Shown here in pieces: positions 22,050 to 36,270 of a DNA stretch of 64,000 bases. How positions within the stretch are numbered: the first letter of the stretch is position 1; each line of letters starts with the position of its first letter. Source of the stretch: Chloropicon primus (Eukaryota); contig CP060762.1 in assembly GCA_023205875.1 (NCBI GenBank), forward strand, positions 372,001-436,000, written 5' to 3'. The notes below the pieces were generated by a model. It worked only from the letters and a program-made list of their open reading frames with translations, did no database searches and was not told the origin of the DNA. The translations under genes and the position numbers were made by a program.

Positions 22050-22377
22050 CACGGCCCCCTGTGGTGGTGGTCGTGCCCTCCTCGTCCTCCTGGTGATGGC
22101 GAGGAAAGCAGCAGCTTGGCCTAGATAAGAATAGGAATAGGATGATGCTGAGGAAGAAGATGGATGGTGGAGGGGGTGATGAAGACACTGAAGGACTGAG
22201 GGAGTGCATCTTCACCCCCACTCGCTCACTCGCTCGCTCACTCACTCTGGTGATGAAGAGACTAACGGAGGAAAGTTTGTTTCCTTGTTCGTGTGTCACA
22301 TAACCTGCTTCCGCCGTGAGGCTGGAAGGGAGCAGGGCAGAGAATCGTAGCAGGGCGGGGTACAATACATAGATATG

Positions 22378-23841
22378 TCAGAATTGGCTCACGTTGAGGG
22401 AGGCCGCAACACACGCGTGGTAAGATACAGGCATTCGCAGCTTGTGGCAAATCACCCACTTGTTCTCCTTGGTCGAAAACTGCTCCACTTTGTCCGTGAA
22501 GACGACTGTGGGGACTTTGCCGGGGCTGAAGACGTCCTGGTTCTCCTCGAAGCTCCCCCCGATGACGGTGAGGACGCCGTTCCACACGGTCATGGACGCG
22601 TGGAAGCGGCCTTGATTGAGGTCGGGCATCCTGGTCCACTTCTCGCCGTCGAACACCTCGACGGTGCTGAGCGTCTGCTTGTGCTCGTTCTGGCCTCCAG
22701 CAACGACGAGGCGGCCGTTCCAAGTGCAGTAAGCGGCCCCGACCCTCGCATCGGCCATGCTGGGAATGACGCCCCACTCCTCCGTCTCGGGATCAAAGGA
22801 CTCGCATTCCCTCACCACCTCGAAGACCGTGTGGAGTCGATACTCGAAAGTGTACCTGTTGCGGACGCTGGAGGAGGCTCGAGGGATTTCCCCGCCCGCC
22901 AGCACGATTTTCCCGCCCACAACGCCACAACTCGCGAAGATCCTGTCCATTGTGTCTATGTCCAGGTGCTCCCTCGCCCCCTGCACCCAGCCAGGCCCGG
23001 CCGCCCCCGCCCCTTGGTCGGAAGCGCCGCAGACGTCGAGGTACTCGTAGAAGGGCAACCCGTTCTCAACCTCCTCCGTGATGGTGCGAGTGGAAGCCAC
23101 CTCGGCGTGAGCGCCCCCAAAGACGTAGAGCCTCCCCCTGTGAGCCACGCCGCAACATCCGTGCCTCCTGATGTTCATGCTGGGAAGCTTGATCCACTCC
23201 CCGGTGAGCGAGTCGTAAGACACCGCCGTCTTGAGAGGCGACCCGACGCTTGGGTGGTCGTCGACCCCGCCCGCGAACACGACGGAGCCGGGCAGGGGGT
23301 ACATCACCGCGGAGTCTATGCGGGGGCTCGGAAGCTTCGAGGCCTGCAGCCAATACGCCCTCGTGGTAGAGAAGTGCCTGCAGAACACGTTCGCAAAGGT
23401 CTTCTGGCGATACCCCGAGAAGACGAGAAGGCTCTGGCAGTACCCCACGAGATGCCTCGCGACATTGAGAAAGATCTCGTCGTTGTCCCCGAGCCCCTCC
23501 CCCAGCTGCTCCTTGAGCCTGTAGTGCCTCTCAATGCAGTGGAAGATGAACTCCTCCCGGCTGTCTCCGTGGGCCAGGGAGAAGCAGCAGGACAGGGGAA
23601 CCACGCAATCGAACTCCGTGTAAGACAGCGGGTACGCCTTGTGGTTCGTGGTCTTGCACTGCACGACCGCCAGGCGCTTCTTCACCACCTCCTTCACGTG
23701 CCCCCACTTCCTGTCCACCTCGTTTCCACCCGAACCCCCAGTCAGGACGACGACCTTATCCCCCACTCCCACCCTCGAGGGACTCAAGCGACATAATGCC
23801 CATCGCCTGAGGGCTTCCTCGTCCATCTCACCTTGGGCCAT
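22378..23841 (-). CDS. Kelch-repeat protein
   Basis: Repeated GG..Y/FD....W..P.M...R units (LYVFGG, IVLAGG, LVVAGG, LTVIGG). Confidence 0.88.
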   Translation of the reverse strand: MAQGEMDEEALRRWALCRLSPSRVGVGDKVVVLTGGSGGNEVDRKWGHVKEVVKKRLAVVQCKTTNHKAYPLSYTEFDCVVPLSCCFSLAHGDSREEFIFHCIERHYRLKEQLGEGLGDNDEIFLNVARHLVGYCQSLLVFSGYRQKTFANVFCRHFSTTRAYWLQASKLPSPRIDSAVMYPLPGSVVFAGGVDDHPSVGSPLKTAVSYDSLTGEWIKLPSMNIRRHGCCGVAHRGRLYVFGGAHAEVASTRTITEEVENGLPFYEYLDVCGASDQGAGAAGPGWVQGAREHLDIDTMDRIFASCGVVGGKIVLAGGEIPRASSSVRNRYTFEYRLHTVFEVVRECESFDPETEEWGVIPSMADARVGAAYCTWNGRLVVAGGQNEHKQTLSTVEVFDGEKWTRMPDLNQGRFHASMTVWNGVLTVIGGSFEENQDVFSPGKVPTVVFTDKVEQFSTKENKWVICHKLRMPVSYHACVAASLNVSQF

Positions 23842-24722
23842 CCCACTGCTAGAGCCTCGTTCCCCCGCTGCTCACCCTTCACAGCAGGTGGTCGGCCATC
23901 ATCAGTATTATAATTAGTATCATCGTCATCGTCATCAATCAACAACACAACACCGTCGTCGTCATCGCTGCCTCCCCGTGATCACAGACTTCTGCAGAGG
24001 CGCAACAGGGACCCAGTGGCGTGGTCCCGAGCCACCCTGCGCTCCACAAAGGACAGTCCAACACCTTCACCTTTGCCCACAGGGATTGAGATGGGATTGG
24101 CCTACTCCACTCCAAGGGTAATGCCCACTGGAAAAGCGATGCGGTACGATGCGATGCGATGTGGTACGATGCGATTTGGTACGATGCGGTGCCGCACCGG
24201 ATGATGGAATGGGATGCTTCAGGACCTGCCCGGCAATTGGACGAGGACCGCGCCCACTGACTCAAGAGGTTTGCTCGAGGAGGGCGAGAAACTAAAATAA
24301 AATCAACGAAAGCGCCTTGTGTATAATTAACGTCACGTACGGAATGCTGGAAAAGGATTGAGAAAATATCTTTTTTCGATGAGGGACAAAAAAGCGAAAA
24401 GGGGCGAACTCATAACGGACGTCGCCTGACTTGAGTCTGAAGTAAGGTAAGGTGACGGAGGTCGAAGCGGGGTGGGGTCCGGAAGCGTGATCCCTCGGTT
24501 CCACTCGGTTCCACTCGGTTCCGCCTCCTCCTCCCCATTTTGTCGAGGAAAACGGAAGGATGGGTTTGCGAAACCTTGAAGCAAGAGAGGTCGGTTTGAC
24601 TGAAGAGTTCGTAACGTTTTTTTTCCTTTGGTTTGCTCAGGCTAGGGTAACGCGTTGCGAGGCAGGGAGCAGGTGTTGGGGAGAGGGACGACAGCGACGA
24701 GAACGACGAGGGGACGGAGGGG

Positions 24723-26701
<1,979 letters not shown>

Positions 26702-26859
26702 TCAAAAGTCTTCTTCTCCTTTCGCCAGACGATGTGGCATTCACCTTGCCAACCAAAGAGAGGGAAGGCGTTTTCGGCGTTCCCTCTTCATCCATGAAGT
26801 GATAGTTTACAATGTAGCTATTCTTTTTTGCTCCTTTCAATTCGTTCCACTCCCTTGTC

Positions 26860-27600
26860 CTAAAAGCCTCCTCGCCCAAAGCCTCCTCGCCCCCTTCCCC
26901 GGCCTCTTCCTCTTCCGCCTGAACTCACGTTGATGGTCCCTCCCCGGCCAATTACGAACTTTCCTCTGGACTTTGGATCGATTCGCTTGAAAATCGGGGC
27001 GTTCTTCAACATATCCGGCGCTATCACGTACCTCACTTTGCTTCCACGGATAAAAGCCTTTGCTAGGTGCGTCACGCGTCCGTCCTAGATGCCACACAGC
27101 AACACACGGTTCGAGTCAGAACAAGGCGGACAGCCAAACGCGTCACCACAGACCACTTACCCTCGCTGTCGCAGTGACGTTCTCAAGCTGACAGTTCCAG
27201 TTGTCCTCGGAGTTCTGGACGGGAAAGAAGGGAGAAGCAGCAGGTTTCTTCAAGTAAGTCATTTTGTCGTAGCCAAAAGAGCCGAGAGGGCGACCCACTT
27301 ACCTTCAGCATGCCTCTGAACGTTTCCCCCGTCTTCAGTTCCAGCTGAGGGTTGAAAAAAACAAGAGAAAAGACGAAAGATCGAAACCCGTCAGAATCAC
27401 TTCATTGGTCGCAACTTCCTCCCAGGGAGGCGGGCGCTTGACACCACACACAAACACACACAGACACACACGGTGCGATCGCTCCTTGCTCCGCCGTCCT
27501 TCCCCAAGGGCAAAATCCATGCCGAACATACCGTAACTATGTGCCCTTCCGCTTCGTGAAGGAGCTTCACCGGGATGCCCACACCTTTGGTCACCGACAT
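26860..27600 (-). CDS. SNRPD3: Small nuclear ribonucleoprotein Sm D3
   Basis: complement(join(26860..27084,27161..27214,27303..27344,27532..27600)), three GT-AG introns, 129 aa: [51 protein letters not shown], RG tail. Confidence 0.95.
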
Positions 27601-28197
27601 CGCGTTCCCCTTCTTCCTTCGCCACAAAGATTCTTGACACAAGAGAGACAAAGAGAGAGAGAGAGACACACACAGAGAGAGAGAGAGACAGAGAGATGTT
27701 CCAATTCAGTTCCAAAGGGTTCCTCTCCTCGACAAAAACGCCGCTCGGGCTTGTCCTCCTCCACACACACACACACAAAAAAAACAGAGAGAGAGAGAGA
27801 GAGGGTACGCGTGTCGTGACGTATCCTCGCATCGCTTCCTCTGTCCTCTTTGCTCCTCGCTTTCCTGTCCGACCTCCGCCTCTTACCCTCTTTCGATCGC
27901 GATCGATGATCCGCGAGCCGCCTCGCTGTTGTGATCGATGGATGGGGGGAGTGATCGATCGGTCGTCGAACGAAACCGAAACGGACGAGGACGAAGGGGA
28001 AGAGGACGCGACGCGCGCGGAGGGGGACAAGGGGGCACGCGAACGAAGTGACCCAAGCCGCTTCCAAAGGAACCCACACGGAGCGTTCTCTCTCTCACTC
28101 GCGCGGTGCGGTGCGGTGTCAAACGAAAGACGACGACGACGGGAAGGGCCACGTGAAGAAGGGACGTGCTTTGGGATGGCGCACGCCGTTCGCTCCT

Positions 28198-28231
<34 letters not shown>

Positions 28232-28361
28232 GAAGGAGGGAGGCGTTACGAGAGTTGCGCGCGTGCGTGCGCTTTCGTTTTGTTCTCTCTCTCCTTGCTT
28301 GTTTTCGGGAAAGGAAAGGGAAAGAAAAGACGAAGGAAGGAAAGAAAGAGAAAGGGGTAAG

Positions 28362-30083
28362 ATGGACGTGGTGTTGGGAGGCGAGGGAGGGAGCGAGGTG
28401 GACAACCCGTTCAACTCGAAGACCTTGACGGAGACGGTGGTGGGAGAGCACGAGCACACGATAGTCGGGTACAGCTTGCTGAAGGGCATCGGGGATGGTG
28501 AGCCCATAGCGAGCGACAGGTTCACGGTCGGGGGCCACGAGTGGGTTCTTTTGTTTTATCCCGACGGGAAGAAGAGCAGTGCGGACGTCTCGGGCGCCCA
28601 CCACTCGCACCCGAACTTGCTGGGCCACTTCCACCACGGGAGGCCGCAGACGGCGAGGCGGGCGCAGGGCCAGCCAGCGATTCCCCCCAGCCCCGCGGAG
28701 GGACAGAGAGACCCGACCGCGAGGGCGGAGAGGGGGCAAGAGAGGGGCCACAGGGGGACACCGCCGGATTCCAGGGTGGACTACAACGACGGGTCCCCTT
28801 ACGCCGGGGCAGCCGCGGGCCAGCTCACGCCGACTCGGGGCGGCGACGGCACCAACAACGCGCGCAGGGACAACAACAACGCTGGCGAGGACCTTCAGCC
28901 ACAGTTGCCGCAGGTTCCGCCGCAGGCTACCCATGGTGCCCATGGCTACAGAATCTTCCACTCTCAGAGGATTCTCCCTCACATGATTCCCCACCCCCAC
29001 GAAGCTCCCCACTTTCAGATCAGGAGGGAGAGCGAGGTGCAGTACGCCGCTCTTTTCGTGGCCCTCATCGGGGAAAGGTCAAAGCCCCTCGGCGTCGTGC
29101 AAACGAGCGAAGGCCAGATCGTGAGGGCTTTCCACCACTTCACGCTGGTCGACCAGTCCGGGGGAGGGCGGGACATCACCAAGGGAAGGAGGAGAGAGCA
29201 GGGAGCGGTCAAGATCAGTTGCGCCCGCCAGGACCCCAACGCAAGGAACTGCCACGGGTACAGGAAGTTCATCAAGCGCAATATCTTGGAGAATCCAGAC
29301 TCGGGGTATTTGTTGAACGACACCATCAAGATCAAGTACAAGATTGAGCTGGTAGTGATGTCTGGCGGGGCGTTCTGCCGACCCGACCCCGAAGCCGTGC
29401 TCCCCACTGTTGAGATCCCTGAACCGAGGCTCAGCGAGGACCTTGGCGGTCTCCTGAAGAGTGGCGAGAACTCCGACTTCACCTTCGTAGTGGAAGGGGA
29501 AGAGATGCCAGCGCACCGTCTTATCGTGGCCTCCAGGTCTCCCGTGTTCAAGGCCCTCCTTGAGAACGACATGATGGAGGGCAAGGCGAAGAAGATCGAT
29601 ATCGTTGATGTCAGGGCTCCGGCTTTTCAGATTCTTCTGCATTTTGTGTACACGGACTCCCTCCCTCCTGAGGTTTCTGGGGATAACTTGGAGGTCACCA
29701 TGGCCCAGCACTTGCTGGCGGCCGCGGACCGGTTCGAGCTCCCAAGGCTGAGGGCGATCTGCGAGAAGCACCTGTGCGAGACTGTGGACATTGCGAACGC
29801 GGCCACGACCCTCACCCTCGCGGACGAGAACCACGCCACTGAGCTCAAGAGGCACTGCCTGGAGTTCGTGGCGCAGAACCTGAGCAACGTCATGGTCACG
29901 AGCGGGTTTGAGTACATGGTGCAGAGGTGCCCGCACTTGCAAAGGGCTATTCTCGAGGCCTGCTCCAAGGACATGTCCCGCTTGCCAAGCCCGGACGGCC
30001 ACGGAAAGAGAAGGGACTGGGACCACGACCAGCCCGGGAGCTCCTCCAAAGGCGAGAGGAGGGTGAGATTCCGCCTCAAGTAG
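28362..30083 (+). CDS. BTB/POZ-MATH domain protein (CUL3 adaptor, BPM/SPOP family)
   Basis: MATH (HTIVGYSLLKGIGDGEPIASDRFTVGGHEWVLLFYPDG..GYRKFIKR), BTB (SDFTFVVEGEEMPAHRLIVASRSPVF) and BACK-like helices. Confidence 0.93.
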   Translation: MDVVLGGEGGSEVDNPFNSKTLTETVVGEHEHTIVGYSLLKGIGDGEPIASDRFTVGGHEWVLLFYPDGKKSSADVSGAHHSHPNLLGHFHHGRPQTARRAQGQPAIPPSPAEGQRDPTARAERGQERGHRGTPPDSRVDYNDGSPYAGAAAGQLTPTRGGDGTNNARRDNNNAGEDLQPQLPQVPPQATHGAHGYRIFHSQRILPHMIPHPHEAPHFQIRRESEVQYAALFVALIGERSKPLGVVQTSEGQIVRAFHHFTLVDQSGGGRDITKGRRREQGAVKISCARQDPNARNCHGYRKFIKRNILENPDSGYLLNDTIKIKYKIELVVMSGGAFCRPDPEAVLPTVEIPEPRLSEDLGGLLKSGENSDFTFVVEGEEMPAHRLIVASRSPVFKALLENDMMEGKAKKIDIVDVRAPAFQILLHFVYTDSLPPEVSGDNLEVTMAQHLLAAADRFELPRLRAICEKHLCETVDIANAATTLTLADENHATELKRHCLEFVAQNLSNVMVTSGFEYMVQRCPHLQRAILEACSKDMSRLPSPDGHGKRRDWDHDQPGSSSKGERRVRFRLK

Positions 30084-30381
30084 TTATTGCACACCAGTGC
30101 CTGAGTGGAAAAAGAATGGTATAACGTCAGCGCCTTTATTGCGCTGGTTTCCCCCACGAAAAGCTTTTTAACTGCTACTACCCATACATTACAAATACAT
30201 GATCCCTCGCCTCAGCCCGCGTGCTTCGTTCTACTGCTGTACTAAGTGTCCTCGTCACCTGGGTGCCGGTTCGGTTTTGTCAGTCCACAAGCTTGTAGAG
30301 GTGTTTCTGTGTTTCTGCGCGCGACTGAAGCGAGGGACGTCCTCTCCTCTCCCCTCAAGGGAATCACGACGAAGGAGGCTC

Positions 30382-30519
30382 CTATGTGCCTTCGTCATCT
30401 ACAACAAAGCGGGACTTTTGATGAGCATACAAATCCAGGCAAAGGAAACGAGGACGGAAACGAGGACGACTGCATCCCACAGCAACTTCATCACACCACC
30501 ACGCTAGTCCCTCCCCTCG

Positions 30520-30557
<38 letters not shown>

Positions 30558-30908
30558 CTCTCTCCTCGATCTCGATCTCGTTCTCTTCTTACCTAGTGAG
30601 TCGAACAGGTGGTAGCAGTCCATCATCATGAAGTTCCTGTAGAGAGCGAAGGCCGCCCTTGTTCCAGGGGAAGCTGCAGGCGATAAGCGGATCCTGTGCC
30701 TCGACAGGAGCCTCCCCCCGCCGCCCCTTCCTTCGCTCAACAAACTCGCTCCTCCTCCTTCCCCCGACCGAAACGTCTTCGTCAAGCGCACACCGCTCGC
30801 GTTCTTCGGCTTGGCCGCTGCTGTCATCGATAGTGTGCACCTCTGTCCTGCGGATCTCAACGAAGCGGCCGCTCTGCACGCCGCGCGAGCAAACTGAAGC
30901 GACGCCAT
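30382..30908 (-). CDS. Small hypothetical protein with mitochondrial-type presequence
   Basis: Model complement(join(30382..30398,30593..30908)), 110 aa; GTAAG donor and ttgtag acceptor give a 17-nt last exon ending DDEGT-stop; Arg/Ala/Ser-rich N-terminus. Confidence 0.5.
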
Positions 30909-32020
30909 CTCTTCCTCTTCTCTTCCTCTCCTCTTGGCCTTGGCCTCGGGAGAAGATGAGAGGAGAACTTTTCTCCCAGCTAAGGGAAAAGTTGGAGGGG
31001 CCAAAGGAGCCAAAGGAGGAAAGGGAAAGGGTGGAGGAGGATGGCGAAGACGGGAAATCCATTGAGGGGTGGGGATGGAGAAGGAGGCAGTTTGCTGTCG
31101 CTCTTCACATCGCTGGCACTCCCCGTCCGTCTGTGTCTTTCCTTCCTAACTCATTCTCCTGTACAATCCCCGTGGTAGGGATGACCTTCGCTTTTTTTTG
31201 TTTTCTTCTTCCTTCTTCTTCCTTCCCGTGAAACCCGTAAGGGTTTAGACCGAGGGCTTCGTTCGTCCTCAAAGCAATGGATTCATTACAGGGCCAATGC
31301 CCATGCCCATGCCAATGCCAATGCCTAGGCTCGTCTTCTTTGGCTCTTTGGCTCTTTCTTTGGCTTAGGTCAGTTCCGTTCTTTCCTCATCACCCTCCTC
31401 CTCATCATCAGGGTTCTCTCTTCTCTTCTCTCTTCTCCTTTTATGTTCTCAAGGTTTCCTCTCTCTCTTCTCTCTTCTCTCTTCTCTCTCTCTCTTCTTT
31501 TCTTTTTCTTTTGGAGAGGAATTCCGTGAGGAGGGAGGCACCACACCGCTCTTACCCTTGACTCGGTGGCGGGGCAAGGCGACACTGTGCGTGCATTGTG
31601 AGCGCAACAAGGACAACCGCGACAGATACGAGCACACGAGCGCTCGTGGAAGACCACTCGCAAGTCGGAACCTACTCCAGTTCCTCATAACCAATCCAAT
31701 CGCAGTCAGAGACGACTGTGCGTGAACACAACCAAGGACTTGACCGGGTGGTTTGCGTAATTTGGACCCAAGCCAAGCCAAAGGTTCCAACTTTCGGCGG
31801 CCACTTTGTGTCGTGATAGAACAGTGAGAAAGTTTTCTTAACTTTCGGTTCAAGTCAGCGAGTCAGAACCCCCAAAAAGGCTTGCTTGTTTTGGACCGCC
31901 CGAAAGTTCATAAGCATAAGCTTGCCTTGCTTATTTTGTTTTGGAGTGAAGAGTGTGTGGAAGGAACTTGTTAAGTGAGACTTCCGTACGCTTGTCTACG
32001 GAATTCGACCCCCAGTAGTC

Positions 32021-34836
32021 ATGGGAGTTTGTTGTTCATCGCCTTCTAACAGCTTACCAATGTCTTCAAAGTAAGTCAAAGAGAGAGAGAGAGAGAGACA
32101 AGTTTTAAGTTTCTTGGGTGGACACCAAATCTGACCCTGACCCCGTTGCCATGTGTGTGTGTGTGTTTTCTTTCCTTTCCTTGTTTCCTCCTGACTAGTC
32201 ACTCAACGGGGCTCGAGGACGAGCTACCTTCCAAGGTCAAGCTTGACGGAGGGTCAAAGCATGACGACCGACCTACCAAGTCGGTCATGATTAGAGCCAA
32301 CAAGGCAAAGCGTGTTGCTATTGCGGCACAGAACATTGCTACAGAGGCTGAAATTGAGATAAACACTGTGGAAAAGAGTGTGAACGTCCTGAAGACCATC
32401 TACAAAGCAATTGAGAGCAACCTCTTGTTCGACATCCACGATGAAGCTCGCGCTGCTTTGATTGCGTCGATGACTCCCTTGCCAGAAGTGGAGAAGGACA
32501 CGATCATCATTAACCAAGGTGACAAGGAGGCCAACGCTTTCTACGTTCTCGAGGCCGGAAGTTGCGATGCTTATGTAGAGGACTCCACCGGAAAGAGCAT
32601 CCTTGTCAAGAGCTACGGCCCAGGCAGTGGATTCGGAGAGCTTGCTCTTCTTTACGATGCCCCAAGAGCTGCGACCGTGAAGAGTACCTCCAACTGTAAG
32701 TTGTGGGTCTTGTACCGTAAGGTGTACATGGCGGTCAAGAGAACTTATGACCAGAAACTCTTCAAGGAGAAGCTCGAGCTCCTTAGCGCTGTTCCTATCT
32801 TGGGCTCCTTGAACGAGAGCCAGCAGGAGACCATAGCCGATGCCCTTGAGCTGATCGACTTCGAGGAGGGTGACGAGATCTTCAAGAAGGGACAAGTTGG
32901 AGATAGGTTCTACATGATTAAGGAGGGATCCGTGAAGATCACGAACCCTGACAACGACAACGAGGTCCTCACGGAGTTGTCCGTGGGTGGATACTTCGGA
33001 GAAAGAGCGTTGATGCAGGATGAGACCAGAGCTGCCACCGTGACGACCACCGCATACTGCAGATGCTACAGTCTCAACCGTTCTGCCTTCCACGAGCTTC
33101 TTGGACCCCTCGAGGACATCTGGAGGCTCGACGCCCTCAAGGACGTGACCATCTTGCAGTCCTTGAAGATTTCTCAGCTCAAGAAGTTGGCTGCTGACTT
33201 GGAGAACAAAAGCTTCGAGGCCGGCGAGATCATTTTCAACAAAGGAGACGTGGGAGAAGACTTCTACATTGTGGAGCGTGGTGACTTTGATGTGATCGGG
33301 GATAATGGTGTCGTTCTGGCCAAGCTGTCCAAGGGAGCTTGTTTTGGAGAGCTTGCGCTTCTGAAGAACGATACCAGAGCCGCGACCGTGAAGACCGTCA
33401 CCGCCGGCAAATGCTTGACCTTGAGCCGTGAGAACTTCAACAAGAGGCTGGGTACTCTTGAGGAGATTCAGCACATGTGGAGGTACGAGGCTCTCCGTAA
33501 GGTGCCTATCTTGTCCAAGCTGACGAAGACACAGAGAAACAAGCTTGTTCTTGTGATGCAAGAGAGGACGTACACAGCAGGGGAAGCCATTGTCACCCAA
33601 GGTGAGAAGGGCGACATTTTCTACATCATGATGCACGGTGAGGTCTCTGTCTCGGCAAGTGGAGTCGAGGTGACCAAGATCGGACCAGGAGGTTTCTTCG
33701 GTGAGTTGGCTTTGTTGAAGGAAGATGTCCGCCAGGCCACCGTCACTGCTATCGACGAGGTCAGCGTGATGTACTTAGATAGAAACCACTTCAACATGCA
33801 TCTTGGATCGTTGCAGGACATCATGCAGACGCAGGCCGTCTCGTACGATGCTGTGACCGAGTCCAAGCTTGCACAGAGCACCCAGCTTTCCGACTTCCAG
33901 CCAATCGCCACTCTTGGTATTGGTGCTTTCGGAAAGGTGTTGCTCGTCAAGTTCGGAGAGAAGAGGTATGCCCTCAAGTGCTTGCAGAAGAACCAGATCA
34001 TATCGATGGGTCTTTTGACTCACGTGAAGCGCGAGAAGGACATCATGATGGAGTGCCACTCGCCATTCCTTGTAAATCTTGTCGCTTGCTTCAAGGACAA
34101 GACTCAGCTGTATATGCTCATGGAGTGCGTGATGGGTGGAGAGCTTTTCACCTACTTGCAGTCCCTGGACGATCCTATTTCCGAGGAGGATGCTAAGTTC
34201 TACGCCGGATGCGTTGTCCTTGCCTTCGAGTACCTCCAGGATAGAAACCTCTTATACCGTGACTTGAAGCCTGAGAACTTGCTGATTGATAGGGATGGGT
34301 ACATCAAGGTTGCTGACTTTGGCTTTGCGAAAGAATTGAGAAGCGGTAAGACTTACACAATGTGTGGAACGCCAGATTACCTGGCCCCTGAATTAGTACA
34401 ACAGACGGGACACAACAAGGCTGCTGACTGGTGGGCACTGGGTGTGCTCTTGTATGAGATGGTCACGGGTCTGCCTCCGTTCTACGATGAGGACCAGGTG
34501 GCGCTGTTCAGGAACATCTGCAACCTCAAGTACTCTTTCCCACGCCACCTTTCCAAGGACTGCAGGGACTTGATCAAGAGGCTCCTCACAAAGAACCCAG
34601 CGAGAAGATTGGGTAACTTGAAGGGCGGAGCTCAGGACGTCAAGGAGCACCCATGGTTCAAGGACCTTGACTGGGTTAAGCTTGCTAGGAAGGAGATTCC
34701 TGCGCCATATGTTCCTCAAATTGGTGGTGTGGATGACGTATCAAACTTCGAGGATATCCCACTTGACGAGGAGCACCCTGGTGAAGGCTACTCCAGCAAG
34801 CCTTATAGAAGCATCGGACAGTTCAAGGACTGGTAG
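32021..34836 (+). CDS. Cyclic-nucleotide-dependent protein kinase (PKG architecture, four cNMP-binding domains)
   Basis: join(32021..32070,32199..34836). N-terminal MGVCC; four FGE.AL....R.AT cassettes; AGC kinase domain (LGIGAFG, YRDLKPEN, DFG, TMCGTPDYLAPE). Confidence 0.93.
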
Positions 34837-34956
34837 AAACGATAAAAACACACCTAACCACCACGTACCAAAATTAATCGAAGAAAAAACAATCCATATA
34901 TTTTACAATTATTTCAACGACGACGAGATGCGCCGCCCTCCTTGGCACGAGCTAGC

Positions 34957-35685
34957 TCAATCCAGGAGGTGAAGGCTTTCGCTGCTTGCCTGCTCGAGCA
35001 CGCTTGCGATTGCGTCCACCACTGGGCCCCAGGTCTCCCCTTCCGCTGTGAGGCGCACCACCCGGCTCGACGAGGCATGCCCAGCCTCCTCTCCCCCGCC
35101 CCTCCCCTCCTCCCCGCCGTGCTGAGTCAGGCTCACCACCAGCCTTCCCACGTCCTTGTACCTTTGCGGCAGGTACTCGGCCCACTCTATGAGCACGACG
35201 TCCTTTGCCAGGCAGTCCTCAAAGTACGCGCGCTGGAGCATCACCTCAAGCTGCTTGCCAGGGTCGAAGCGGTAGAGGTCAAAGTGCTGAATCTTCACCT
35301 CCTCCGCTCCCGCAACGTCATAGGTCTCGTGAAGCAGATAGGTCGGGCTCACGACCTCCAGGTCCTCCCTCTTCGCGGCTTCCCTTATGAACCCCCTGGC
35401 GAACACGCTCTTCCCCATCCCGACCTCACCCTGCAAGAATATCGTGTCCCCTGCCCTCACGCCTGCCACCTTCGCAAGGCAACGCGCGAGGAGCAAGGTG
35501 GAACCCTCGTCGCTCGAGTGCACCGCCAACTCACCTCCCTGTGCGCTCATGCACAAGCCTCTCGCCCGACGAACCGAGCAACGCGATGGTGATGATGGCG
35601 ATAATGATGGTGATGATGGTGCGTTCATCAAACGCCGTCCTCGGGCAGCCACCACCCTACGAAGTTGAAGAGAAGCAGAAAACAT
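34957..35685 (-). CDS. tsaE: tRNA threonylcarbamoyladenosine biosynthesis ATPase, organellar
   Basis: GEVGMGKS P-loop, VVSPTY, HFDLYR, LIEW motifs; transit-like N-terminus from ATG 35685. Confidence 0.92.
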   Translation of the reverse strand: MFSASLQLRRVVAARGRRLMNAPSSPSLSPSSPSRCSVRRARGLCMSAQGGELAVHSSDEGSTLLLARCLAKVAGVRAGDTIFLQGEVGMGKSVFARGFIREAAKREDLEVVSPTYLLHETYDVAGAEEVKIQHFDLYRFDPGKQLEVMLQRAYFEDCLAKDVVLIEWAEYLPQRYKDVGRLVVSLTQHGGEEGRGGGEEAGHASSSRVVRLTAEGETWGPVVDAIASVLEQASSESLHLLD

Positions 35686-36270
35686 CTTTCCCCTCCGTCC
35701 GACTGAATAAATAAAACCAATCCACTTCCCTCCGCTTCCCTCAAGCACAGCCAACGCGTGACTCCATCGCCAAAGCCAAAGCGGAGCGGAACCAACCTAA
35801 CCCTTGGCGTTCAGCCCGTTTCTCGCTCGGGATGCTTTTCGACCGACCCAAGGGAGACGAAGACGAATAGCAAGAGGAAGAGGAAGACGTGACGCTTCCT
35901 ACGATGCGGAGACCTCACTCCTGGCCTCCTCCGGCCGCCGTCCCTTCGAAACGCACGCCACTTCACTTCACTTCCCCTCCTCTCGCGCCGGCGCTGGTCT
36001 CCTGGAAAAAACAAAACGCTTGGGCGGGAGAACGAAACGGGCGATGGAGGGAAGGGGAAAGGAGGAGTTCGGGGTCGAGTTTGAGGGCACTGAAGGGACG
36101 GTACGTGTTGAGGGAGGTGGAGATCGGGAAGCGTCGTGTCTTTGGCTTTCCAACGAACCCTCGCTTCGAAGGTTTGACGCCGTGGTTTGAGGATTGCGCA
36201 AGGCGGGAAGGGTGAGAGTGACGCAGGTGAGGCGAGGAAGGAGGGGAAGGGGGAAGGGGGAACGAGAAAG

